Source: an uncultured Methanosarcinaceae archaeon (GTDB lineage Archaea; Halobacteriota; Methanosarcinia; Methanosarcinales; Methanosarcinaceae). From it: DNA of 64,000 bases. Below, one piece after another: positions 54,338-64,000 of this stretch (its first letter is position 1; every line of letters starts with the position of its first letter). Both the position numbers and the translations under genes were made by a program. The notes below the pieces were generated by a model. That model saw nothing but the letters and a program-made list of their open reading frames with translations, was not told where the DNA came from and searched no databases. The stretch covers positions 1-64,000 of the forward strand of contig CAVTET010000004.1 of assembly GCA_963733675.1 (NCBI GenBank), read 5' to 3'.

Positions 54338-55640
54338 TTACTTTTCATTTTTAAGCATGGCCTCCTTCAATTTAGAAATTTCGTCAAGCTCCCTTTTTAA
54401 TTCGTTCTTCATTTCCCATATTTTTTCAAGGTCTGCATATTGCATATAGTCAGCTTTGATAGATTCGGTGGCCTTCATTTTTTCTATCTCTGCCTTGAGT
54501 TCCTGCAGCTCCGATCTTTCCACAACATGCCTGGCTGTTTCAGCTTGTAAAATCTGATTTTCCTGTTTGATCCGCAGGTACTCAGGACTTTCTGAGATAT
54601 CCATCTCTTTTTGAATTGTAAGATAAGGCATATATTTTCCAATATCTTTGCTAAAGAGTTTTGATCAGATCGAAAATAAGCGGCTTTAGTTCTATCAATT
54701 TTATGTCCCATTGTAAACTCAACAAAGAAAGAGTCACAACCAACATTTAACAGAGCAGAGTCATAGTATTTCCTTATATTGTGACTTCGCATGATATTCC
54801 ATTTCCCTTTAGGTGTTGATTTACTGGCTTTCTCATTAAGCATTCTGTATATCTTGAGGAACGAATTCCTTTCAAGCTTCCTTAGAGACTCATCTTTTTT
54901 ATCAAGCCATTCAGCAGGTATTTTTCGACCAATGAAAAGGTAATCGTTGTCAGAGTAAACATGTTGCTTCTGTAATTGTTTTTGTTTCCTTATATCGGTT
55001 GAGTCAGATTTCCTATTTCTAAAATCTAAATAATCAATTACTGCTTGACTAGTTTCTGGCGTCAGAAATGTGATAAAATCTACCTTAGTTTTACCTCTAC
55101 GTAGTTTTAAAGTTGTTATTCCAGTTGTGGAATCATATCTATCCTTGAAGTTTCCAACTTTTAAATTTATGATCTCATTTGAACCTAATCCACTGCTTAA
55201 ACCTACTAAAACTACAGCTATTTCTAGCGGATCAGCCACTTTTAATATTATTTTAATATCATTTTTTGAAGTATCTCAATGTTACTTTCTAATACTGTGG
55301 ACTCAAGATTCCTTTGTTTAGGAAATTGAATATTATAATATGTATAAAATGACTGAATAGCCATTATATAACCTCGAATAGTGTTTGGAGCAAGATTCTT
55401 GTTTTTTAAATGCTGTTTAAATCTAGGAATATCAACGAAGATCGATCTTTCATCCATTAGCATTCCTGCTTTAATCTCAGCTTTAGCTTCAGTTATAAGT
55501 TGATCTGGGATTTTGGACAGAAACTCACAGTAAGCATTTATAGAATGCGTATAATTTCTTCTGGTATTAGATGAAGCTTCAATAGCTAACATCCAATTGT
55601 CTACCTTGGTAGACAATACAAAGTTAATATCAACAGTCAT
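54338..55640 (-). pseudogene. Tyrosine integrase broken by two apparent single-base deletions (~55271, ~54641)
   Basis: Three consecutive ORFs join into one protein: SAM-like N-terminus, SSGL, RRGKT, HNIRKYY, MGH, AYFR, PYLTIQKE tail. Confidence 0.85.
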
Positions 55641-55722
55641 AAGTAATTACCTCTATCATTTCATCCATTTTAAAATATTCGTTTTCCAAAAAATTTAGGG
55701 TTGTGTTACCATATACGGTATA

Positions 55723-55734
55723 ACAATGATAAAT
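55723..55734 (+). repeat. attR core ACAATGATAAAT
   Basis: Identical to 43795-43806. Confidence 0.8.
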
Positions 55735-55938
55735 GTGCTGCCAAGCTATGAAAAGGCAGCATATAGGGAATTTAGGACTATAGAAGGAATTAAAGACGTT
55801 TACCATGTCTTTGGAGAATATGATTTTGTAGTAATTATTAATGTCAAAGACCTTAGCACACTTAATTCAGTAGTGGACAGGATAAGGGAAAGCGAAACAG
55901 TAACCGCTACCCAGACAATTGTTGGGGCAGATCTTTAA
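55726..55938 (+). CDS. Lrp/AsnC ligand-binding (RAM) domain protein, 5'-truncated by the element
   Basis: VYHVFGEYDFVV, IRESETVTATQT motifs; the first 6 codons are found at 43780. Confidence 0.85.
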   Translation: MINVLPSYEKAAYREFRTIEGIKDVYHVFGEYDFVVIINVKDLSTLNSVVDRIRESETVTATQTIVGADL

Positions 55939-56289
55939 ACTGGAAGTCTCAAAATAAGATTAGGCCGTTTGATGTAAATGAAAAACATATATTTTTTAAA
56001 AAAATTCTGGATTTTTATACTTTAAACTTTTATCGACATCAATCTCTTGCTTCCAAAATTCTCATAAATAATTCGGTTTGAATAATCACCACAAAAAACT
56101 ATATTGAAATTTATGCCGAAGAAGAGACATTGATAGAAAGAATATTTTATCGTTGCGAGAAAATACTACTAATAAAAGCATCTATAATCTAAATTCCTGC
56201 CTCAAATATTTATAAGGTAAATAATAAGAGAACATTAGTTTTATTCTAAGGAAATGTTAGATTAATTTTTCAACCTGAGGTAAAATTCT

Positions 56290-58155
56290 ATGGAAGTCCC
56301 TATTGCAGAAGAACTTGCCAAAAAACAAAAGTCTATAAGTGTCGCCGAATTTTTTGAAAAAAATAGGCACATCCTAGGTTTTGACTCTGCACCACGAAGC
56401 CTTATCACAACAGTAAAAGAAGCCGTTGACAACGCTTTGGATGCCTGTGAAGAAGCAGGAATCCTGCCTGACATCCTTATCCAGATCGAAAGGGTGGAAC
56501 AGGACTATGTAACCGTCATTATAGAAGATAATGGACCAGGAATCATAAAAGAGCAAATACCAAAAGTTTTTGCAAAATTACTGTATGGTTCGAGGTTTCA
56601 TTCCCTCAAACAGAGCAGGGGACAACAGGGAATCGGAATCTCTGCAGCCGTGCTCTATAGCCAGATGACCACAGGCAAGCATACGAAAATCCTCTCCAAG
56701 ACAGGACTTAATACCCTGGCCCATTATTATGAGCTCATGATCAATACCAGCACGAATGAGCCCGATATCCTGAAAGACGAAGTAAAGGATTGGTTTCGCG
56801 CCCACGGAACCCAGATAGAGCTGGAGATGAAGGCTGCTTACGTAAAAGGAAGACGGCAATCTATTTATGAGTACCTCAAAGCCACAGCAATTGTAAACCC
56901 TCATGCAAGGATTACCCTGGTCGAACCTGACGGCAACGAGGAAGTTTTTGAAAGGGCTACAGATAAAATGCCGGACCTTTCAGAAGAAATATTGCCCCAT
57001 CCAGAAGGTATCGAGCTAGGTACTCTTATGAAAATGCTGCATCACACAGAGCGCCAAAAACTTGCCTCTTTTCTTAGATACTCTTTTTGTAAAATCGGCC
57101 TACTCACTGCCGAAGAAATATGTAAGGCTGCAGGGCTTGACCCTGAAATAGACCCTCATTTTCTTAGCCATCATGAAGCAAGAAAACTAATTGAGTCATT
57201 TGAGAAAGTAAAGATCATGGCGCCTCCCACAGACTGTCTTTCCCCAATAGGCGAAGAGCTGATTTACAGGGGGCTTGAAAAAGAAACAAAAGTGGACTTT
57301 ATTGCTACAAGCACACGAAAACCGGCTGTATATTCAGGAAATCCCTTTGTAGTAGAAGTGGGGCTTGCTTACGGGGGAAATTTATCGAAAGAAGAAAAAA
57401 TTAGCATAATGCGTTTTGCTAACCGTGTTCCTTTGCTTTACCAGCAAGGAGGATGCGTGACCACACACGCAGTTGAAGATATTAAGTGGAAGCAGTACGG
57501 CTTAAACCAGCCCGGAGGAGGAATTCCTGTAGGTTCAGCCCTCCTTCTAATTCATGTAGCTTCCATCAATGTGCCTTTTACATCAGAATCAAAGGACGCT
57601 ATTGCTGACATTCCTGTGATAAAAGAAGAAGTGAACCTTGCAATCAAAGATGTTGCCAGAAAACTTAAACACTATTTGAGCAAGCAAGACAATCTCAAGA
57701 AACGCCGAGAAAAAGAAATAATTATCACAAAAGTGCTCCCAAAAATGGCATTGAAGGTTGCAAATATCCTGGGCAAAGAGGTTCCTGACATAAATCCTGT
57801 TGTTGCAATGATTATGGGGAATCTGCTTGTGTACAGAAAAGTGAAAAAGAATGAGGAAGGGACTGCACATATTGTAATCAAAATCAAAAACTTTGGGAGC
57901 TCAACCCATTCCTTCAGGATACATGAGATGCTGCCCTGGACAATCAGCAGGGCAAAGCCTGAGCCAAAAATGGTTACTATAGGCAACGATTATGACTATA
58001 TATGGGAAGTTTCGGCAGCAGTAGGGTCTTCAAAGGTGCTCAGCTACATAATAGAACATGCAACAGACAAAGAGCTAGGAAAACTCCCTGATCTCATTGT
58101 AGAAGGGATCGAAGAAGAGCTGGTTACAGGAGCAAAGGCCTTTAAGGAGATATAA
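56290..58155 (+). CDS. top6B: DNA topoisomerase VI subunit B
   Basis: [35 protein letters not shown] motifs. Confidence 0.97.
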   Translation: MEVPIAEELAKKQKSISVAEFFEKNRHILGFDSAPRSLITTVKEAVDNALDACEEAGILPDILIQIERVEQDYVTVIIEDNGPGIIKEQIPKVFAKLLYGSRFHSLKQSRGQQGIGISAAVLYSQMTTGKHTKILSKTGLNTLAHYYELMINTSTNEPDILKDEVKDWFRAHGTQIELEMKAAYVKGRRQSIYEYLKATAIVNPHARITLVEPDGNEEVFERATDKMPDLSEEILPHPEGIELGTLMKMLHHTERQKLASFLRYSFCKIGLLTAEEICKAAGLDPEIDPHFLSHHEARKLIESFEKVKIMAPPTDCLSPIGEELIYRGLEKETKVDFIATSTRKPAVYSGNPFVVEVGLAYGGNLSKEEKISIMRFANRVPLLYQQGGCVTTHAVEDIKWKQYGLNQPGGGIPVGSALLLIHVASINVPFTSESKDAIADIPVIKEEVNLAIKDVARKLKHYLSKQDNLKKRREKEIIITKVLPKMALKVANILGKEVPDINPVVAMIMGNLLVYRKVKKNEEGTAHIVIKIKNFGSSTHSFRIHEMLPWTISRAKPEPKMVTIGNDYDYIWEVSAAVGSSKVLSYIIEHATDKELGKLPDLIVEGIEEELVTGAKAFKEI

Positions 58156-58156
58156 A

Positions 58157-59266
58157 ATGGCCAGAGAAATAAATAGCAAAAAAACATCGGGAGATGTCAT
58201 AGCAAGAGATAGACTTCTTGAGCTTGCAGGAAAAATTTATGACCAATTTGAAAATGAGGTTATCCCAAGCGTCAGCCTCCCAAGCCGAACAAAGGCAAAT
58301 ATAGAATATTCCGACGAGAGTGAGGTATGGGTCTATGGGGATAGAGAAAGTGAAAGGAGTGCAAAAACAGTAAAAGGTGCATTTCAGCTCCTGAAGACGA
58401 CTTATGCGACAGATTTTCTCATAAAAGAGCACCTGACCCAGAATCGTGGTTCGACACTTCGAGAACTGTACTATATATCGGAGGGCTGGGACTCCGCCAA
58501 GTTTAAGGAACAAACTGAAAGCGACCGTCTAATCGAAGATCTGGAACTCCTAACCAGTCTTCAGAGAGAGTATTTCCACATGCGCCCTGAAGAAGATGGA
58601 GCTACGATGTTTGGACCTATTGAGATATCAGAAAAGACAAAGAGAGGAGAGCGGGATATCCACTGCCAGAAAGATGTAGGAGAAGGAGGATACCAGATTC
58701 CTTTTAACGTGGAAAATATAGAGTTTAAGGGCCATGAAGCCAATATGATTATTGCTATAGAGACAGGAGGAATGTATGCACGGCTGATGGAAAACGGTTT
58801 TGATGAGGCCTACAAAGCAATACTTGTTCATCTCAAAGGCCAACCTGCAAGGTCAACCCGCAGAATCATCAAGCGGATGAACGAGGAATTAGGCATACCC
58901 GTAGCTGTTTTTACTGACGGAGACCCCTGGTCCTATAGAATTTATGCCTCTGTAGCCTATGGCGCTATAAAAAGTGCGCATCTATCGGAATTTATGGCCA
59001 CTCCTGCAGCCAAATTCCTGGGTCTCCAACCCTCGGATATAGTTGAATACGAACTCTCTACCGACAAGCTCACAGAACAGGATATAGGCGCATTACGCAG
59101 TGAACTTTCAGATCCACGTTTTGAATCCGAATATTGGAAGGAGCAAATCCAGCTACAGCTTGATATAGGGAAAAAGGCTGAACAACAGGCCTTTGCCGGA
59201 AAAGGTCTGGATTTTGTAACCGATGTATACCTACCTAACCGGCTCAGAGAACTGAGTATAATATAA
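58157..59266 (+). CDS. top6A: DNA topoisomerase VI subunit A
   Basis: TLRELYY, AIETGG, TDGDPW, KAEQQA. Confidence 0.97.
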   Translation: MAREINSKKTSGDVIARDRLLELAGKIYDQFENEVIPSVSLPSRTKANIEYSDESEVWVYGDRESERSAKTVKGAFQLLKTTYATDFLIKEHLTQNRGSTLRELYYISEGWDSAKFKEQTESDRLIEDLELLTSLQREYFHMRPEEDGATMFGPIEISEKTKRGERDIHCQKDVGEGGYQIPFNVENIEFKGHEANMIIAIETGGMYARLMENGFDEAYKAILVHLKGQPARSTRRIIKRMNEELGIPVAVFTDGDPWSYRIYASVAYGAIKSAHLSEFMATPAAKFLGLQPSDIVEYELSTDKLTEQDIGALRSELSDPRFESEYWKEQIQLQLDIGKKAEQQAFAGKGLDFVTDVYLPNRLRELSII

Positions 59267-60302
59267 AAAATATAATTTGCAACGTTAGAAGACGCTTTAA
59301 AACCTACTCAAATAGGAAGAGCTTATTATTTGATATCACTTATGAGTAATAAAATAACGGGTCAGCTTATTTTTGTTATGTGGCTTTGTAACTGCTGAAA
59401 GCAGACCGTCGAAATACCTTCAAAGCGTAGCCATAAGCCGTATTAAGGTCTTATCAAGAAAATTTTTACAAAGCCAATGCAAAAATACATGGATGAGAAG
59501 TTCCAAGTCCTTAGGATGTCTAGAAATATACTTTTTGAAGTTAACACCATATGTCAGTATCTAAAATCCTGACAAACAATATATTGTGTAATATATCCGA
59601 TGTCTGGAAAAAGTATGATATTTGAAACGAAAGGCGGCATAGAGGCCGCATTCGGTAGCTCAGGTGACACGTCTTAGGTGGACATTTTGCAAGCTGCATC
59701 TGCGGATGCGTCGGCGAATCAGGTGTTCCTATAGCTAAGTATTAATGCAGAATAACGTGGATACACTAGATGATAAATTTACACAGACAGTTCCATAAAC
59801 CATGTAAATAATTAAAAGAAAACTCCCCTATGTGGCTTTCTTTTCCTCATTTTATACATGGTTGTTTACTGCAAGGGTCATCCTAGTAAACAGCCTTTTT
59901 GTAGATAGAATCTGTAACTGACTCATATTTAGCAGTTACTATATCTCTCTAATTTGTGCTATCACTTCAGCAGTGTACCAAAAGTTCGTAAAATATGGTT
60001 GAATCTGTATCCTTTTTCTTTCACTATAAAAAATAGGGTATAAATCTACATTTATACCAACAAAAATTATGTCATTATTGTTTTCATTGATGCATAGTTT
60101 TTGTGACAAAAACTAGGCATTTAGCAATTATATATTGAATAGAACCCATGCGACCGAACGAAGAATCTGAATTTTTATACCTGAAATACACAAGATCTTA
60201 ACTTGTAAAACAATAATTTAAAATAAAAATGTATGTTGCATTTGATTTTTGATTTCAAGTGCTTAAGCTTCAAAAATTAAAAGTAGGAATGGTATGAAAA
60301 AT

Positions 60303-60455
60303 TTACATCCTTTTATCCTTGTCTTTGTTTTTATAAATAGCGTAGTATTCTTTCATCTTACTAGCTGCTGCTGCTGTCACTGCTGCCGAAGCTGTCAATG
60401 TTGCTATAATCACTAACAACAAACCAGTGAGCATCTTTTGAATTTGTTTTGCCAT
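60303..60455 (-). CDS. Unannotated 50-aa hydrophobic/Ala-rich peptide with basic tail (MAKQIQKMLTGLLLVIIATLTASAAVTAAAASKMKEYYAIYKNKDKDKRM)
   Basis: AAGGAG RBS; paralog of 5557-5676. Confidence 0.65.
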   Translation of the reverse strand: MAKQIQKMLTGLLLVIIATLTASAAVTAAAASKMKEYYAIYKNKDKDKRM

Positions 60456-61589
60456 AGAGTCTTAACTCCTTAATTTTTACTTTTTTGGAAGACGAGGTTG
60501 TGCATAAAAAGCGTTAGCCTTCAATATATGGATTTAATCAATATGCAATATCTACCGAAAAAAATTGTAGTATTTGAAAGGCTATTTGAATAGCTGCTAA
60601 ATCTTCTATTTCAGATGATTCCTACAGAGCCTGAATTTCATTATCGTTTTTCTGTCGAACTCATTTTCATTGTTTGAGCATTTCCTGAGTTTTTCGCATA
60701 CCAGCTATAACTTATTTTTTTAACGCGATCCTTTTTTTTCATATCACTTAGTTTTAATTTTATTATTTTATTACTTTATCCATTCTCATTACTGCAACTT
60801 TCTTTTTCTGTTCTACAGTCAGAAGTTCCACATCTCACCATCGCAGTCTGTATTACTGACCCTTTTCCTGCTAAATCGTGCATGTTTCAGTATCTCCTTT
60901 GAGCGATAATATTCTTTAAAAAATAAGGGTTATCAAAAGAAAAAAGAATGAATGTTGTATTTAAACAGCCTTAGCAGAATTAACTGAAGATTCTGTTTTT
61001 ACAACCGGTTCAGCTGTATTTTCTGCATTAAAGTCACCCGCTGTAGGTAATACTTTTGAATCTGACTTTATCATACTATATATCTCCTCATATTTCGATA
61101 TATGTAATGCAGATTTATTTGTAGTAATTGCTATAAGATATAAAGATGTTGCAACCTATAAGTAACAATGTATTTTTTAATTTCTTTGCAGAGTTTCACT
61201 ACTAAATTTAAAAATAAGCTCACAAAAATTTGTCATTGGGTCTAGATAATGATGTCTATAGATGCTTTTTATCTTGGCTGAATCGTAAATATTACTGTTT
61301 TCCTGGATTAAGCTTTGAATATGGACAGCTTTATTATGCATAGATCTTTGGTAGTAAAACGTATGTATTTTTTCCAAATTTCAGTGGCAGTGTGATTAAT
61401 GTATATCTGATACTGCACCGAAAATCTGAAACCTTCTACCCTGCAAGAAAGTAATTGGAAAAATTCAGAAAATTGCTTATTTATACCAAATATGTGTTAG
61501 TTTGTCACCATAACTTCCAGCATATTTTTTTAATTGAGCGGCTATATGTGATATAAAAGCTATAATATATGTTATATATTATGCCTATT

Positions 61590-61727
61590 ATGCCTGAAAC
61601 AACAAATATCCAGATAACAAAGCAAACCTACGAAGAGTTACGGAAAATTGGAATAATGGGGGACAATTATAATAAGCTTATTAATGAACTGATAGTCAAA
61701 CAAAATCTAAATGAACTAAGTGAGTAG
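61590..61727 (+). CDS. Small ribbon-helix-helix-like DNA-binding protein (45 aa)
   Basis: TTNIQITKQTYEELRKIG..GDNYNKLINELI beta-alpha-alpha pattern. Confidence 0.55.
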   Translation: MPETTNIQITKQTYEELRKIGIMGDNYNKLINELIVKQNLNELSE

Positions 61728-62399
61728 GAGAGAAATTTATAAGAAAACATAAAGATGAGTTTGTGAGTATCGATAGCCTTTAAAGTTTTTGTGCAACCCC
61801 CTCTCTTAGCTAAGGTTTCTATGGAACGAAAAGGACATATAAAATCTGCAATAAAAGAGTTTACAAATCCATTTCCAAATAATTACGAAGGCAAAAAGAA
61901 CTCAATGGAACTCAAATCTTTATATACTGTCTGGGAGTTGGAGATTATCGGGTTTTCTATCAAATTGATGAAGAAGAAAGGAAAGTGTACATTTTTGATA
62001 TTTTGACCACTGAACAAGTGCATTAAAAATATGGAAGAATTTAAGATTAATTATCAAAACTTCCACTAGTGCTTTCTTATTCTAAAATTTTTAGGAAGTG
62101 ATTTACTGTTTAACCTTCTGCTCCTTGAATTAATAGTTGAATCTTAATCCATGGATTATGCATATTTTTTACTATAAAACATATGTATTATCTCAAATTC
62201 AAATTTTCATTAATATTTATCACTATTACCTACTCACAAACTTAAAAGCATAGAAAAACGCATACACAATTGATGTTGAACAAACTAGTTAATTTATAGT
62301 CCAATTTACTTTTCTGCTCACAAGGCTAATACTAAATATTGTGTCATCTTTATGAGTATAATGTAAGAAGCTTGCTGCTTCAGATACGAGTCCACGATT

Positions 62400-64000
62400 T
62401 TATAATCTTAATTTTGTCCGTATGAAACCGCCAACTACTGTAGCAATAATAGCACAAGCGACTGGAAATAATGGGTGATGAAATATTGACTCTTCTTTAA
62501 CTGTTAGAGTAAATGCAGGTGATGTGCTAGGTTTGAAGTGATTATTACCTATATATTGAGCTGTGATCGAATGTGAGCCAACTGAAAGCGCTGAAGTAGT
62601 CAAAATTGTCTGTCCCGAATTTACAGCTTCAGCTCCGATTTGCGTTTTTCCGTCTAGGAAAGTAACTGTACCTGAAGGTTCTTCTGTTTCTTGTGATGTC
62701 GTATCAACTTTGGCAGTAAATGTTATTAGCTGGCCAGATACATACTCAGTAGCAGTAGAAGTTAACCCAGTCTTTGTATCTACCATAGGATTATCTAGGG
62801 ATCCAGGTCGTTGATCTGGACCAGGCTTATCTAGAACTATTAATGTGAAAATAGATGATGTGCTAGGTTTGAAGTTATTATCACCGCTATATTGGGCTGT
62901 GATCAAATGTGAGCCAACTGAAAGCGCTGAAGTCGTCAAAATTGCCTGTCCCGAATTTATAGTTCCAGTTCCTATGGCCATGGTCCCATCCATGAAAGTA
63001 ATTGTACCTGATGGCTTTTTCACTCTTTGTGACGTCGTACCAATTGTAGCAGTAAGTGTTATTATTTGGCCAAATGTATATTCATTAGCTGAAGAAGTTA
63101 ACTTAGTCATTGTGTCTGACATTGGGCTAGAATTCTTACTAGGAATGTTGGGATTAGGAGTTTGACTAGGGATAGTGAGATTCGGAGTTTGGCTAGGAAT
63201 GTTGGGATTAGGAGTTTGACTAGGGATAGTGAGATTCGGAGTTTGGCTAGGAATGTTGGGATTAGGAGTTTGACTAGGAATAGTGAGATTCGGAGTTTGG
63301 CTAGGAATGTTGAGATTAGGAGTTTGACTAGGAATAGTGAGATTCGGAGTTTGGCTAGGAATGTTGGGATTAGAAGTTTGACTAGGAATGTTGGGATAAG
63401 GAGTTTGGCTAGGAATGTTGGGATAAGGAGTTTGACTAAGAATGTCGGGATAAGGAGTTTGGCTAGGAATGTTGGGATAAGGAGTTTGACCAGGAATGTT
63501 GGGATTAGGAGTTTGGCTAGGAATGTTGGGATTAGGAGTTGTGCCTAATTTAGCTAGAACAAGTCTTTTATCAGCCCAACCATTTGAATTATGTGGATTA
63601 ATTTCAACTGCTTTGTCATATGCTTTTTTTGCGTCATTGAACTTACCTAATTTGGTTAGAGCATTTCCTTTATTGAACCAAGCATATGAATCCTGCGGGT
63701 TAATTTCAATTGCTTTGTCGTATGCCTTTATTGCTTCATCAAATTTATTTAAAGAACTTAGAGCCACGCCTTTGCCTGTCCAAGCCATTGAATTATGTGG
63801 GTTAATTTCAATTTCTTTGTCATAAGCTGTTATTACTTCCTCGTACTTGCCCGAGTCTTTAATGAAGTTTCCTTTTATATACAAAGCATTATTAAAATCG
63901 ACGCGATTGTTGCTGTCGGAGTTTGGAATCTCTGAAGGTAGCAACGCACCTGCGGTATTCACTAGAATTAGAAGTATTAGCACAATAATTTCTAAAACCT
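62400..64000 (-). CDS. Membrane-anchored surface protein: signal peptide, TPRs, Pro/Thr-rich tandem linker, two Ig-like domains, C-terminal TM (5' end may lie outside the window)
   Basis: YDKAIEINP TPRs; duplicated GTxTFxDG...LSVGSHxITAQY Ig-like domains; frame stays open to the window edge. Confidence 0.85.
   Translation of the reverse strand, partial: VLEIIVLILLILVNTAGALLPSEIPNSDSNNRVDFNNALYIKGNFIKDSGKYEEVITAYDKEIEINPHNSMAWTGKGVALSSLNKFDEAIKAYDKAIEINPQDSYAWFNKGNALTKLGKFNDAKKAYDKAVEINPHNSNGWADKRLVLAKLGTTPNPNIPSQTPNPNIPGQTPYPNIPSQTPYPDILSQTPYPNIPSQTPYPNIPSQTSNPNIPSQTPNLTIPSQTPNLNIPSQTPNLTIPSQTPNPNIPSQTPNLTIPSQTPNPNIPSQTPNLTIPSQTPNPNIPSKNSSPMSDTMTKLTSSANEYTFGQIITLTATIGTTSQRVKKPSGTITFMDGTMAIGTGTINSGQAILTTSALSVGSHLITAQYSGDNNFKPSTSSIFTLIVLDKPGPDQRPGSLDNPMVDTKTGLTSTATEYVSGQLITFTAKVDTTSQETEEPSGTVTFLDGKTQIGAEAVNSGQTILTTSALSVGSHSITAQYIGNNHFKPSTSPAFTLTVKEESIFHHPLFPVACAIIATVVGGFIRTKLRL
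63135..63539 (-). repeat. 15 x 27-bp coding tandem repeat (TPNPNIPSQ variants)
   Basis: Direct count of 9-aa units. Confidence 0.92.

Larger units (their letters stand above)
43795..55734. mobile_element. ~11.9 kb integrative element with a family A DNA polymerase module, frameshifted integrase and sulfatase cargo
   Basis: Terminal 12-bp direct repeat, split target gene, and an integrase starting ~80 bp from the right repeat. Confidence 0.85.

Noticed and set aside
59600-59755. Short GC-richer ORF with two in-frame TAGs
   Set aside because: No recognisable motif or paralog; cannot be distinguished from decayed or random sequence.
59267-62399. Absence of gyrB/gyrA after top6A
   Set aside because: The expected linkage is only recollection from other Methanosarcina, and the genes may lie elsewhere; not testable from this window.
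63135-63539. Possible CRISPR array
   Set aside because: Contiguous 27-bp coding repeats with no unique spacers; the plus-strand ORF 63162-63548 is only their antisense shadow.

Overview
Methanogenic archaeal chromosome segment, most consistent with Methanosarcina (inferred from gene content and long AT-rich intergenic regions). Housekeeping blocks are pcc1/Brix, hmgA, carAB-argG, tRNA-Ser, an FKBP PPIase, DUF106-cmk-cbf5, trpCBADFEG and top6B-top6A, interspersed with MITEs and IS200/IS5/IS21 relics. The main discovery is an ~11.9 kb integrative element (43795-55734) bounded by a 12-bp direct repeat (ACAATGATAAAT) that splits a small Lrp/AsnC gene. It carries an unusual candidate replication module: a putative ssDNA-binding/accessory gene, a family A DNA polymerase whose exonuclease domain contains one in-frame amber codon, a 5-unit palindromic iteron-like array and a small winged-helix protein, with no recognisable primase or helicase. 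It also carries a doubly frameshifted integrase and sulfatase/SDR/DUF1269 cargo. A second, related element is cut by the left window edge, and its integrase shares a 39-aa C-terminal module with the first. Two copies of an unannotated small membrane-peptide cassette are also present. All family assignments come from motif recognition by eye; no searches were run.
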